Below, piece after piece: positions 18,658 to 27,099 of a stretch of DNA of 47,443 nt. A program made the position numbers and the translations under genes. Source of the stretch: Methanobrevibacter sp. (GTDB lineage Archaea > Methanobacteriota > Methanobacteria > Methanobacteriales > Methanobacteriaceae); the NCBI GenBank assembly GCA_030539935.1, contig JAUNXF010000003.1:1-47443 (forward strand), read 5' to 3'. A model generated the notes under the pieces. That model saw nothing but the letters and a program-made list of their open reading frames with translations, made no database searches and was not told the DNA's origin. The first letter of the stretch is position 1, and each line of letters begins with the position of its first letter.

Positions 18658-20316
18658 CTAACGTTTAGCAAATCTAATCTTATTTGGTCCCATAATAATG
18701 CTCTTTTTCCAAAGCTCATCGTTAGTTTCTGGGAAGTCTTCTCTGAAGTGTGCTCCTCTGCTCTCTCTTCTGAGTATTGCAGATTTTACGATAAGGATAC
18801 AGATTTCAACCATATTGATTACTTCAAGTGCAGTAAGGAGTGATTCATTGAATTGAGTCCTGTCATCAACATTAAGGTCATTCAATTCCTCTTTCATTTC
18901 AAGAAGTCTTTCAAGAGCGGACTTTAGGTTTTGCTCATTTCTTACAATGGACACTTTTTCCCACATCAATTGCTGGATTTCCTTTTTCATAGCTATTGGA
19001 TCAATGGAACCTTCCTTCATCAATGATTCTATTCTGTTCTTTTCCTCTTCAACAGCTGTGAAATTGTATTGCATGACAGTCAAGTCACATGCAAGGGCAG
19101 CAGCAAATCCTGCTCTTTTACCGAATACCTGAGTGTCTGCAAGTGCGTTACCTCCAAGACGGTTAGCACCGTGAACTCCTCCACAGACTTCACCGCAAGC
19201 GAATAGGTTTTCAACAGTGGATTGGCCATCCTCATTGATTCTCACACCACCCATATGATGGTGAGCGGTAGGTGCAACTTCCATTGGCTCTTTCTTAATG
19301 TCTACGCCAATGTCTTCAAACTGAAGCACCATTGTTTCAAGCTTTTCATCAATCAAGTCTGGGTCGAGGTGGCTTACGTCAAGGTATACTCCACCATGTT
19401 CGGTTCCTCTTCCTTCCATGATCTCATTATAGATTGACCTTGCAACAACGTCACGGGTAGCAAGTTCCATACGGTCATCGTATCTGCCCATGAACCTTTC
19501 ACCTTCGCTATTGATGAGTCTTCCACCTTCAGCCCTTACAGCTTCAGTTACAAGAACTCCCTTTCTTGAATCCGGATAGACCATACCTGTTGGGTGGAAC
19601 TGTATCTCTTCCATATCAATCAGGTCTGCTCCGACATTCCATGCAAGTGCAAATCCATCCCCATTCTTTTGGGTAGTGTTTGAGGTTACAGGGAACAATT
19701 GGCCGGATCCACCAGTAGCAAGAACAACCGCTTTAGCTTGGAAATAGATGATGTCATTGTTCTTGAGGTCAAGTCCAACTGCACCGATCACTTTTGAGAG
19801 GATGTTGTTTGAGTCATCCTTGATAAGTGCTGTAATCATCACTTCATCAATGGTCTTGATGCCACGCTTGATGATTTCTTCCTTAAGTGCAGTCATGATT
19901 TCATGGCCGGTTCTGTCTCCTTGGAAACAGGTTCTTCTATAGGTTTGACCACCGAATGGCCTTTGATTCAATTCACCGGATTCCTGTCTGTCAAAGAGAG
20001 CACCATACTCTTCCAAGTCATGGAGTCTATCAGGTGATTCATTGATTAGAATGTCTACTAATTTAGGGTCATTAAGGTAGCTACCACCTTTTAAGGTGTC
20101 TTTAATATGCGCTTCTACACTATCTTCTGGGTCTACAAGTCCAAGTGCAGCATTGTATCCACCTTCAGCCATTCCAGTACAGCCTGACCTGAAAGTCAAT
20201 CCTTTTGAAACAATCAATGCTTCCTTTCCTTGATTGGACACTTCAATTGCTGCTCTACAGCCTGCACCACCAGAACCTATAATCAATACGTCAGTTGTGA
20301 TAGTTTTAATTTCCAT
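18658..20316 (-). CDS. tfrA: Thiol:fumarate reductase (CoM/CoB) flavoprotein subunit A
   Basis: GSGGAG FAD motif, QFHPTG, HHHMGG and GVHGANRLGGN. SGCTGMAEGG lacks the covalent-FAD His of SdhA/FrdA, as expected for methanogen TfrA. Confidence 0.88.
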   Translation of the reverse strand: MEIKTITTDVLIIGSGGAGCRAAIEVSNQGKEALIVSKGLTFRSGCTGMAEGGYNAALGLVDPEDSVEAHIKDTLKGGSYLNDPKLVDILINESPDRLHDLEEYGALFDRQESGELNQRPFGGQTYRRTCFQGDRTGHEIMTALKEEIIKRGIKTIDEVMITALIKDDSNNILSKVIGAVGLDLKNNDIIYFQAKAVVLATGGSGQLFPVTSNTTQKNGDGFALAWNVGADLIDMEEIQFHPTGMVYPDSRKGVLVTEAVRAEGGRLINSEGERFMGRYDDRMELATRDVVARSIYNEIMEGRGTEHGGVYLDVSHLDPDLIDEKLETMVLQFEDIGVDIKKEPMEVAPTAHHHMGGVRINEDGQSTVENLFACGEVCGGVHGANRLGGNALADTQVFGKRAGFAAALACDLTVMQYNFTAVEEEKNRIESLMKEGSIDPIAMKKEIQQLMWEKVSIVRNEQNLKSALERLLEMKEELNDLNVDDRTQFNESLLTALEVINMVEICILIVKSAILRRESRGAHFREDFPETNDELWKKSIIMGPNKIRFAKR

Positions 20317-20388
20317 AATTTCCCTTCTTTAGTTTTTTTTTAATCTATTTGCTAGTATTTTTTTAAATTTAAAATTTTGATTTAGGTT

Positions 20389-21030
20389 TTATACATCGTT
20401 TTCTTTACGATATTGTATAATATCTTCAATTGTTACAACAGGCATGTCATGCTCTTTTGAGAACTCAATAACATCTGGCATTCTTGCCATGGTTCCGTTT
20501 GGCAATGTGATTTCACATAATACACCAGCAGGATTAAGGCCAGCAAGTCTCATCAAGTCGATAGTTGCTTCAGTATGCCCATCTCTTTCAAGCACTCCAC
20601 CTTCCCTTGCTCTAAGAGGGAATACATGACCTGGGTGGTGTAAATCACTTGGCTTTGCATCTGGGTTGGATGCAGCCTTAACGGTTTTTACTCTGTCTGC
20701 TGCAGATACACCAGTGGTTACTCCTTCTGCTGCTTCAATTGTTATTGTAAATCCAGTACCATAAGTACTTGTATTGTTTTCTACCATTAAAGGAAGTTCT
20801 AATTCATCTGCCTTATCAGGAGTTAAGCATAAGCATACGATTCCACTTCCTTCTCTTATGAGAAGTGCCATTTGTTCCTCAGTCAAGTGTTCTGATGAAA
20901 AGATCATGTCTCCTTCATTCTCACGTGTCTCATCATCAGTTACAATGACTCCATTTCCTGATCTTATTGCATCCAATGCTATTTCCACTCTTTCTTGAGG
21001 ACTTCCTTTTAAACTTTCTTCATGATTCAT
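20389..21030 (-). CDS. ribB: 3,4-dihydroxy-2-butanone-4-phosphate synthase, bacterial type
   Basis: [40 protein letters not shown] and GVLCE motifs; TAAGGAG RBS. Confidence 0.95.
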   Translation of the reverse strand: MNHEESLKGSPQERVEIALDAIRSGNGVIVTDDETRENEGDMIFSSEHLTEEQMALLIREGSGIVCLCLTPDKADELELPLMVENNTSTYGTGFTITIEAAEGVTTGVSAADRVKTVKAASNPDAKPSDLHHPGHVFPLRAREGGVLERDGHTEATIDLMRLAGLNPAGVLCEITLPNGTMARMPDVIEFSKEHDMPVVTIEDIIQYRKENDV

Positions 21031-21120
21031 AGTAATGCTCCTTAGTTGTTTAAATTAAAAGTTTTCTAATTCTATTTACTAGAATCAGGGCAAAAAAAGG
21101 ATATTTATCTTTAGTAAATA
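21023..21120 (-). promoter_or_regulatory. Riboswitch expression platform (anti-aptamer/start-codon sequestering stem)
   Basis: GCCCUGAUUCUAGUAA (21091-21076) is complementary both to aptamer UCAGGGC and to UUACUAUGAAUCA spanning the AUG (21035-21023). Confidence 0.7.
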
Positions 21121-21186
21121 AAGTAATTCATAGAATTATCTATTATATCAATATTTATTTCAATTGAATTTATTTACCTTAAATTC

Positions 21187-21333
21187 ATATTCTCTTCCAT
21201 CCGGACTATCACCGTCGGTTTTGGACTTTCACCAAATCAACACCAATGTGCTCGTGGACTTATCATTTTAAAATAGATTTTCTTCTTAATGAATCACCAC
21301 CGGTGGAGAATTTCACTCCGCCCTGAGAATTGT
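21187..21333 (-). ncRNA. FMN riboswitch (RFN element) aptamer
   Basis: The minus strand reads AUUCUCAGGGCGGAGUGAAAUUCUCCACCGGUGGU...AGUCCACGAG...GAUUUGGUGAAAGUCCAAAACCGACGGUGAUAGUCCGGAUGGAAGAGAAU. The RFN conserved blocks are present, P1 is AUUCUC/GAGAAU, and it lies directly upstream of ribB. Confidence 0.95.
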
Positions 21334-21372
21334 ATATTAAAATATATTGCTAGTGATTAAAATACTTTTTTA

Positions 21373-21380
21373 TATATAAA
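21373..21380 (-). promoter_or_regulatory. Probable TATA box for the ribB leader
   Basis: TTTATATA on the minus strand ~40 nt upstream of the aptamer. The AT-rich context lowers certainty. Confidence 0.4.
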
Positions 21381-21529
21381 GAATTAATTTTTAATTTTTT
21401 TAAAAAAATAGTATAGATTTATTAAAAAGATCTTTTTAATTTTTTACAAAAACAATATGGAGTTATTAATAAAATTTTTTATAATTTTTTTTTTAAAAAT
21501 CACAATTTTATTAATAAAACATTGCTTTT

Positions 21530-21802
21530 TTATAATATTCCAAATGCTTCAAGCATGGATTGAATACCTAAGATTATAATAGCCACTCCGCCGAAGATTT
21601 CAATGTAATCTGCGTATTTGATAGCTATTTTTGTTCCATATGTACCAAGCAATAGCCATGCGATTACTGCAATGATACTTAATCCACCTAAAATATATGG
21701 ATTTACATGTGCAACAGCACCTTGGGATGCTAAGATTAAGTTTTCTATGTTTCCAAATATTAATAATCCTGTAAATGGAGCGTAATCTTTTAAATTTACC
21801 AT
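21530..21802 (-). CDS. Small 3-TM membrane protein (MntP/LysE-superfamily half-like)
   Basis: Three hydrophobic segments; FGNIENL motif; GGAGG RBS inside the end of the upstream paralog; 1-nt gap to that gene. Confidence 0.75.
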   Translation of the reverse strand: MVNLKDYAPFTGLLIFGNIENLILASQGAVAHVNPYILGGLSIIAVIAWLLLGTYGTKIAIKYADYIEIFGGVAIIILGIQSMLEAFGIL

Positions 21803-21803
21803 C

Positions 21804-22091
21804 TTATGCGCCTCCTTTTTGAGCTCTGATGTTTTTTACTGCATCCCATACAGCTTTCAAACCTAAAACAAATATTGCAAATCCTCCAATAAATGTAATT
21901 ATATTAGCATATTGCATTGCAACATCGGTAGCTACAGTACCAATGAATAACCATACGATTACAACAAGTACACTTAATCCTCCTAATATTTTAGGGTCTA
22001 CTCCTCCAACAACCCCTTGAGAGGAAAGTATGAGGTTTTCTATGTTACCAAAAATTATCAAGCCTACAAAAGGCATATATTGTTCCAACAT
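21804..22091 (-). CDS. Small 3-TM membrane protein, paralog of the downstream gene
   Basis: Shares PFxGLxIFGNIENLILxSQG and ILGGLS with 21530-21802; GGTG RBS. Confidence 0.75.
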   Translation of the reverse strand: MLEQYMPFVGLIIFGNIENLILSSQGVVGGVDPKILGGLSVLVVIVWLFIGTVATDVAMQYANIITFIGGFAIFVLGLKAVWDAVKNIRAQKGGA

Positions 22092-22264
22092 TTTTTCACC
22101 TTTCTTTAATTTTTATAATATAACTATATTTAGTTTACTTTATATATATAATTATTTAATTATATAAAAAGGCATAAACTATTATTAATATGGGCTTGAA
22201 AATTAATACTTAATTCATTATAGTTCAAAAACATGTTAAATGATTAAAATTATGTTAGGATATT

Positions 22265-22842
22265 ATGGCATCAAGAGAAGAAAGAAAGGAAAGCCGTCAA
22301 AGGATTAAGGAAATCTATAGTGTCGCTAAGAAGTATAATGTGTCCGAGCTGATTTCCGAATCAAGAAAACCTAAAGACCCTGCTCAAGGGGAATATGATG
22401 AGGAATTAGATGCTTCAGGTTTAAGAAAGGCTTTGGAAGAATTAGGTCCAGCATATGTCAAGTTAGGTCAACTATTATGTACAAGGCCAGACCTTGTGGA
22501 AATGACATAGCAGAGGAACTTACAAAGCTTAGGGATAACACTCCTGTCACTCCATTTGAAGAGATCAAGGAAGTAATTGAAACTCAACTTGGCCAGCCAT
22601 TGGATGAAGTGTACTCTGAGTTTGAAGAGGAGCCACTCGGTTCAGCATCAATCGGTCAGGTATATAGGGCTACATTGAAGGAAAATGGTGAAAAGGTAGC
22701 TGTAAAGGTTCAAAAGCCAGGTTCATATGAACTTGTGGCATCTGACTTAAAGATAATGGTTTCTTTGGCTGAAAAGGCAGACAAGTACATTACAAAAACA
22801 AGAACCTTCAATTTGCCTGCAATCATGTTGAAGTTGATATAG
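22265..22842 (+). pseudogene. ABC1/AarF/UbiB-family kinase, frameshifted and truncated
   Basis: LEELGPAYVKLGQLLCTRPDLV in one frame continues as GNDIAEEL...PLGSASIGQVYRATL...VAVKVQKP in another (1-nt shift near 22497). It stops after ~190 codons, before the catalytic loop. Confidence 0.85.
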
Positions 22843-22874
22843 AATAGGGAAATATTTCCTATTTTATATTATTC

Positions 22875-22955
22875 TTTAATTTTTTATTTAAAAATAGATA
22901 TTCTTCTTGTTTTAGATTATTTTTTAATTTTTTATTTAAAAATAGATATTCTTCT
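22875..22955. repeat. 33-bp direct repeat, period 48
   Basis: TTTAATTTTTTATTTAAAAATAGATATTCTTCT at 22875-22907 and 22923-22955. Confidence 0.85.
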
Positions 22956-22984
22956 GGTTTTATATATTTTTTAAAAAAAGAAAG

Positions 22985-23013
22985 AAAAATACCTTAATTT
23001 ATAAGGTATTTTT
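22985..23013. terminator. Bidirectional hairpin between convergent genes
   Basis: Perfect inverted repeat AAAAATACCTTA-ATTTA-TAAGGTATTTTT. Confidence 0.55.
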
Positions 23014-23100
23014 TATTTAATTTTTATTTTTTCACTGTTTCAGTTCTTTTAGCTGTTTAATTTATTTGAATGTAGAGTTCTTGTTTTTCACTCTTAGCTA

Positions 23101-24678
23101 TTATTTAACTGTTACAATTCTTTTTATGCTTTTCTTTAGGTAGGATATTATTAAAGTGTATTTTGAACCTGCCTTAAGCTTTTTAATAACACTGCTTGGG
23201 ATGACTACTTTTGCGATTCCTTTTGAATTGGTTTTTGCAGTGTAAGTTTTGCCATTAAATGTGAAAGTTACCTTTTTGTTTTTAAGCAAGGTTTTTCCTT
23301 TTGTAAGTTTCACTGTAAAGGTTTGGCTTTTAGAAGTTTTCTTAATGCTTGCTGAACTTGGGGTAAGCTTAATGTAGTTGTATATGCTGTTGGAAATGGT
23401 TCCGCCTAATACGTCTCTGCCTGCTTTGCTTGCTTTATTAGCAGTAAAATTACATTTTACTACTTGCAAACGTTTTTTATCGGATGCAACATTTACAAAT
23501 CCATAAATTGCCCCTCCTTTTTTAGCACTATTTTTGCTGAAAGCACAATTATATAGCTTGCCAATGTAGTATTTCATTTTAGGAACCCACTCTTTGTTCA
23601 CATAGCTGCCGCTTTGCTCATGCATTCTAAAGTAAACCGCTCCACCATTTTTAGACACCTTATTGCTGGTGAACTTGGAATTCTTAATGACTAAATTCTT
23701 ATTGGCAAATACTGCTCCACCATGTTCACCTGCTTGGTTTGAATTAAATGTACAGTAATTAATGTTTAAGTGGGTGAATCCATAAATTGCTCCTCCCCCA
23801 CGGCCTTTAGCCACATTTTTGGTGAAAGTACAATTCTTTATTTGGTCTGTTGCATATTTGAAATTTATGTCAAATGTAATGTTTAAGACAAACTCCATAT
23901 CTCCTTCAGGACTTTTATCCACATAGATTTTTTTAAATAAATCAACAGGTTTGGCTATTGAAAATGTGAAGACAGCTCCTGCATCTCCTCCAGCAGTATT
24001 CTTGCTGAACTTGGAATCCTTTAATTGCAAGTGTCCTACAGAGTTTATTGCTCCACCGCAATATTTGGCATAGTTATTTGTAAAAACACAATTTCGCACT
24101 GTCAAATTTGCATAATTGAATATTGCTCCACCGTAAAGATCAGTATTTCCATTGACGAATTTAATGTTGTTCAATATAACCTTATTGTTTTCAACAAGGC
24201 CAAATTTTATCAAAAGGATTCTTGACTTGGATAATCCATTTAAGGCGTGACCGTTACCATTGATTGTAAGGTTCTTTTTAATTTGGATACCCCTTTCGCT
24301 GAATCCATCATCATAACTGTAATCCTTAGTTAATGTTATTGTAGCCCCATCTGCTGCATCATCGATCTTCTTTTGCAATGCAGTAAATGTTCCGTCATCT
24401 GCATCCCCAAGGATTTCAGAATCTGATGAAGCAGCTAGTGTTCCCTCTTGTGAAGATGCGGCCAACATTTCCTCTCCTTCTGTACTTATATCCTCCCTTG
24501 AAGATGCAGCTAAACCATCATCCAAGTCTCCAATTGAATTGCTGTCCTCTTCTAATGTGATTTGCGCATCATCCTCTAGTGTGACTGCTCTATCATCAAG
24601 CTCATTTGCTGAGACACTGGCTATGCTTAATAAACAAATCATGAGGCATATAATTAGAAGGCTCTTTTTGAATTTCAT
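23101..24678 (-). CDS. Adhesin-like protein with Pmp-like GGA(I/V) repeats
   Basis: Signal peptide, acidic linker, GTFTALQKKID start of beta-helix, FxxN/GGAI repeats, and a Lys-rich C-terminal domain (YTAKTNSKGIA). Confidence 0.85.
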   Translation of the reverse strand: MKFKKSLLIICLMICLLSIASVSANELDDRAVTLEDDAQITLEEDSNSIGDLDDGLAASSREDISTEGEEMLAASSQEGTLAASSDSEILGDADDGTFTALQKKIDDAADGATITLTKDYSYDDGFSERGIQIKKNLTINGNGHALNGLSKSRILLIKFGLVENNKVILNNIKFVNGNTDLYGGAIFNYANLTVRNCVFTNNYAKYCGGAINSVGHLQLKDSKFSKNTAGGDAGAVFTFSIAKPVDLFKKIYVDKSPEGDMEFVLNITFDINFKYATDQIKNCTFTKNVAKGRGGGAIYGFTHLNINYCTFNSNQAGEHGGAVFANKNLVIKNSKFTSNKVSKNGGAVYFRMHEQSGSYVNKEWVPKMKYYIGKLYNCAFSKNSAKKGGAIYGFVNVASDKKRLQVVKCNFTANKASKAGRDVLGGTISNSIYNYIKLTPSSASIKKTSKSQTFTVKLTKGKTLLKNKKVTFTFNGKTYTAKTNSKGIAKVVIPSSVIKKLKAGSKYTLIISYLKKSIKRIVTVK

Positions 24679-24767
24679 AATTTTCCCTCATTTGCTTTTA
24701 TGATTCTTTTTTTTGAGTTTTCCAATATTTCATTATTTTGAAATAAATAAAAATTAAAAGAGGCAAA

Positions 24768-26669
24768 TCAGTTACCTCTAAACAATACACTTTCTTCCAA
24801 TTTTTCTTCGAAGTAATGGGATGGCTTATCTAATTTTTCCTTAATAATCACTGCAACGGCAACGGTTATAAGTCCAATAGCTATAAGGATAGTTAATGAA
24901 GGCCAATAATTTGACCAAACCACTCCAAGTTGTGCTTCACGAACTAAGTTAATTCCATATGTCATAGGCATATATGGATATAGTGTTTTGAAAAACGGAT
25001 GCATGATTTCAATTGGATAAACTCCTCCAGTTGCAGAAATTTGAAGCACAAGAAGAATTACTCCAATAGCTTTTCCAACAGTTCCGATTGCTGAGATAAT
25101 TGAATATATCAGAATCATGAATATGGCAGACACCAATATGCATGAGAAGATAAACATCGGTGCATTAACGATTTGCACACCTAAAATATAACATCCACAA
25201 ATTGTTACGCATGCCTGAAGGATACTCATGATAATGTAGGTCAACAGTTTGCCGAAGTACATTTCAAATGGAGAGAATTTTGTTCCTTGACTGGTTCCTG
25301 GCGCTAACATTACACAAGTGATAATTGCTCCGACCCACATGGACAATACAAGATAAAATGGGGATACGTCAGAACCATATGAATTTACGGAGAACAATTC
25401 ATTTCTTTCTAATTTGACAGGGGATAAGAAATAATCTCCAAGTGTGTCTTCATCTATGCCTGTAAGTGCACCAAGCATATCTGCAGTTGATCCTAATGAA
25501 CTTGATGCTGTAAATAATGCATTTGTAGCACCATCAGAAAGCAATACCGCTCCAGATGCAAGGCTTACTGATCCTTCTGCCAATTGGCTGCTTCCATCGG
25601 CTACCTGGACTGTACCGTTTGCCAATTTGCTGCCTCCATTTGCCAGTTGCTTTGAACCGTTTGCTAATTGTTCGCCGCCTTCAGCGAGTTGTTTTGAACC
25701 GTTTGCTAATTGTTCGCCGCCTTCAGCTATCTGACTGCTTCCTTCAGCAAGTTCAACATTTCCTTCAGCATAATCTTTCACTGGGCCATCCGGTATTAAT
25801 GATGGGTCCACTGCAGCCTGCAATTCTTCAGAACCTTTTTCCACTTGTCCTGCACCCTCGCTTAGCTTATCTGAACCTTGTTTTAATTGCTCTGCTCCAG
25901 CACTTAAATCGTCTGAACCTTGTGATAATTGGTCTGCTCCATCATTAAGTGCAGATGCACCATCCTTGACTTGTTCTGCCCCATCTTTAACTTTGCTTTC
26001 ACCGGCTTGCACTTGGCTTGCTCCAGCTTTAACTTTGCTGGCTCCTGCTTGGAGCTGTTTTCCACCACTTGCCAATTTTCTTGCACCGTCAGCAAGACCT
26101 GCCTGCAGTTCTCCAAGTTTTTGATAAGCTGCAATATCTATGATTTCAACGATCTTTGCATTCAAGGTCATATAAACGGTATTGGCACCAGTGTCAGTTA
26201 ATTTTGCAGCTACAGGGTTTGTTTTCATATTCACGACATATTCAAGCTTGGCTTGTTGGGGATTATCTTCAGTGATTGAAACAATGTTTCCACTAAAGTT
26301 TTTCGGTATGACTATCCCTGCATAGTACGTTCCGTTATACACTCCCCTTCGCAAATCTTCTTCGGACACAAAGGTCCATTTGAATTTGTCATTGTTTTTT
26401 AAGTCTGCAGAAAGTTCATTTCCAACATTTATGTCTTTACCGCTGAATGATGCTCCCTCATCAAGGTTAGCTATTGCAAATGGAACATCCCCTGTATTTC
26501 CATAAGGGTCCCAGCATGCCTGGATATTTAAAAGAGCATAAAGAGAAGGGAGGATAATAAGTCCGATAAGAACTATTATGACAATAGGATTTGCGAATGC
26601 ACCCTTGAAATTATTCTTCATGATTTCAGCAATCATTTTTGGGTCTTTTCTACTCATTGTTTTCCTCAT
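24768..26669 (-). CDS. YhgE/Pip-family membrane protein
   Basis: PSLYALLNIQACWDPY N-terminal motif, xxxLxxG heptad repeats, and C-terminal TM domain with ATGGVYP and PMTYGI. Confidence 0.9.
   Translation of the reverse strand: MRKTMSRKDPKMIAEIMKNNFKGAFANPIVIIVLIGLIILPSLYALLNIQACWDPYGNTGDVPFAIANLDEGASFSGKDINVGNELSADLKNNDKFKWTFVSEEDLRRGVYNGTYYAGIVIPKNFSGNIVSITEDNPQQAKLEYVVNMKTNPVAAKLTDTGANTVYMTLNAKIVEIIDIAAYQKLGELQAGLADGARKLASGGKQLQAGASKVKAGASQVQAGESKVKDGAEQVKDGASALNDGADQLSQGSDDLSAGAEQLKQGSDKLSEGAGQVEKGSEELQAAVDPSLIPDGPVKDYAEGNVELAEGSSQIAEGGEQLANGSKQLAEGGEQLANGSKQLANGGSKLANGTVQVADGSSQLAEGSVSLASGAVLLSDGATNALFTASSSLGSTADMLGALTGIDEDTLGDYFLSPVKLERNELFSVNSYGSDVSPFYLVLSMWVGAIITCVMLAPGTSQGTKFSPFEMYFGKLLTYIIMSILQACVTICGCYILGVQIVNAPMFIFSCILVSAIFMILIYSIISAIGTVGKAIGVILLVLQISATGGVYPIEIMHPFFKTLYPYMPMTYGINLVREAQLGVVWSNYWPSLTILIAIGLITVAVAVIIKEKLDKPSHYFEEKLEESVLFRGN
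25651..25727 (-). repeat. 42-bp-period coding tandem repeat within the YhgE heptads
   Basis: 35 identical bases at 25651-25685 and 25693-25727, encoding AEGGEQLANGSK twice. Confidence 0.85.
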
Positions 26670-26730
26670 TATTTATTTTTTTCTTAAAAATCCTTCAAAA
26701 TTTTAATATATAATTTAAACAATACATATA

Positions 26731-26850
26731 GTAACTTTAATTTAATTTAAATCCTATAATCTAGTTTTAATTTAATATAAACCTTATAATATAGTTTTAA
26801 TTTATATTTAAATCATACATGTAGTAGTATTTAAATTTATATTTAAATAT
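26731..26850. repeat. Degenerate 30-bp tandem repeat (3-4 copies) upstream of the YhgE gene
   Basis: Units resembling TAGTTTTAATTTAATWTAAAYCHTATAAT start at 26731, 26761 and 26791. Confidence 0.6.
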
Positions 26851-27099
26851 TTTTCGATATTTTACTTAAAATTTAATACTTATTTATAAAATAATGGGCA
26901 AATAAACAATTATAATTAAATTAAAGGAAAATAATTAAATTAAGTTAGTTCGTGAAATGTTAAAATATTGTGCATGAGATAAAAAGAGATAAGAAAACAT
27001 TTAAGATAAATTAACTTTTTTAACAATATATTTAAATCCTAATTTTCTTAAAATATTATATGCTTAATCTAATTTTTAAAAAACAGATATTGTGATAAA

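Noticed and set aside
18658-20316. sdhA/frdA or nadB assignment
   Set aside because: It lacks the covalent-FAD His and adjacent membrane anchors, and the methanogen context fits TfrA.
21530-22091. Membrane pair as a riboswitch-controlled riboflavin transporter or CrcB/Fluc pair
   Set aside because: The genes lie upstream of the riboswitch so cannot be controlled by it, and they lack the Fluc GxxGxxTTFS motif.
22490-22510. Programmed frameshift in the ABC1/UbiB gene
   Set aside because: No slippery heptamer or stimulatory structure, and the product would still be truncated.
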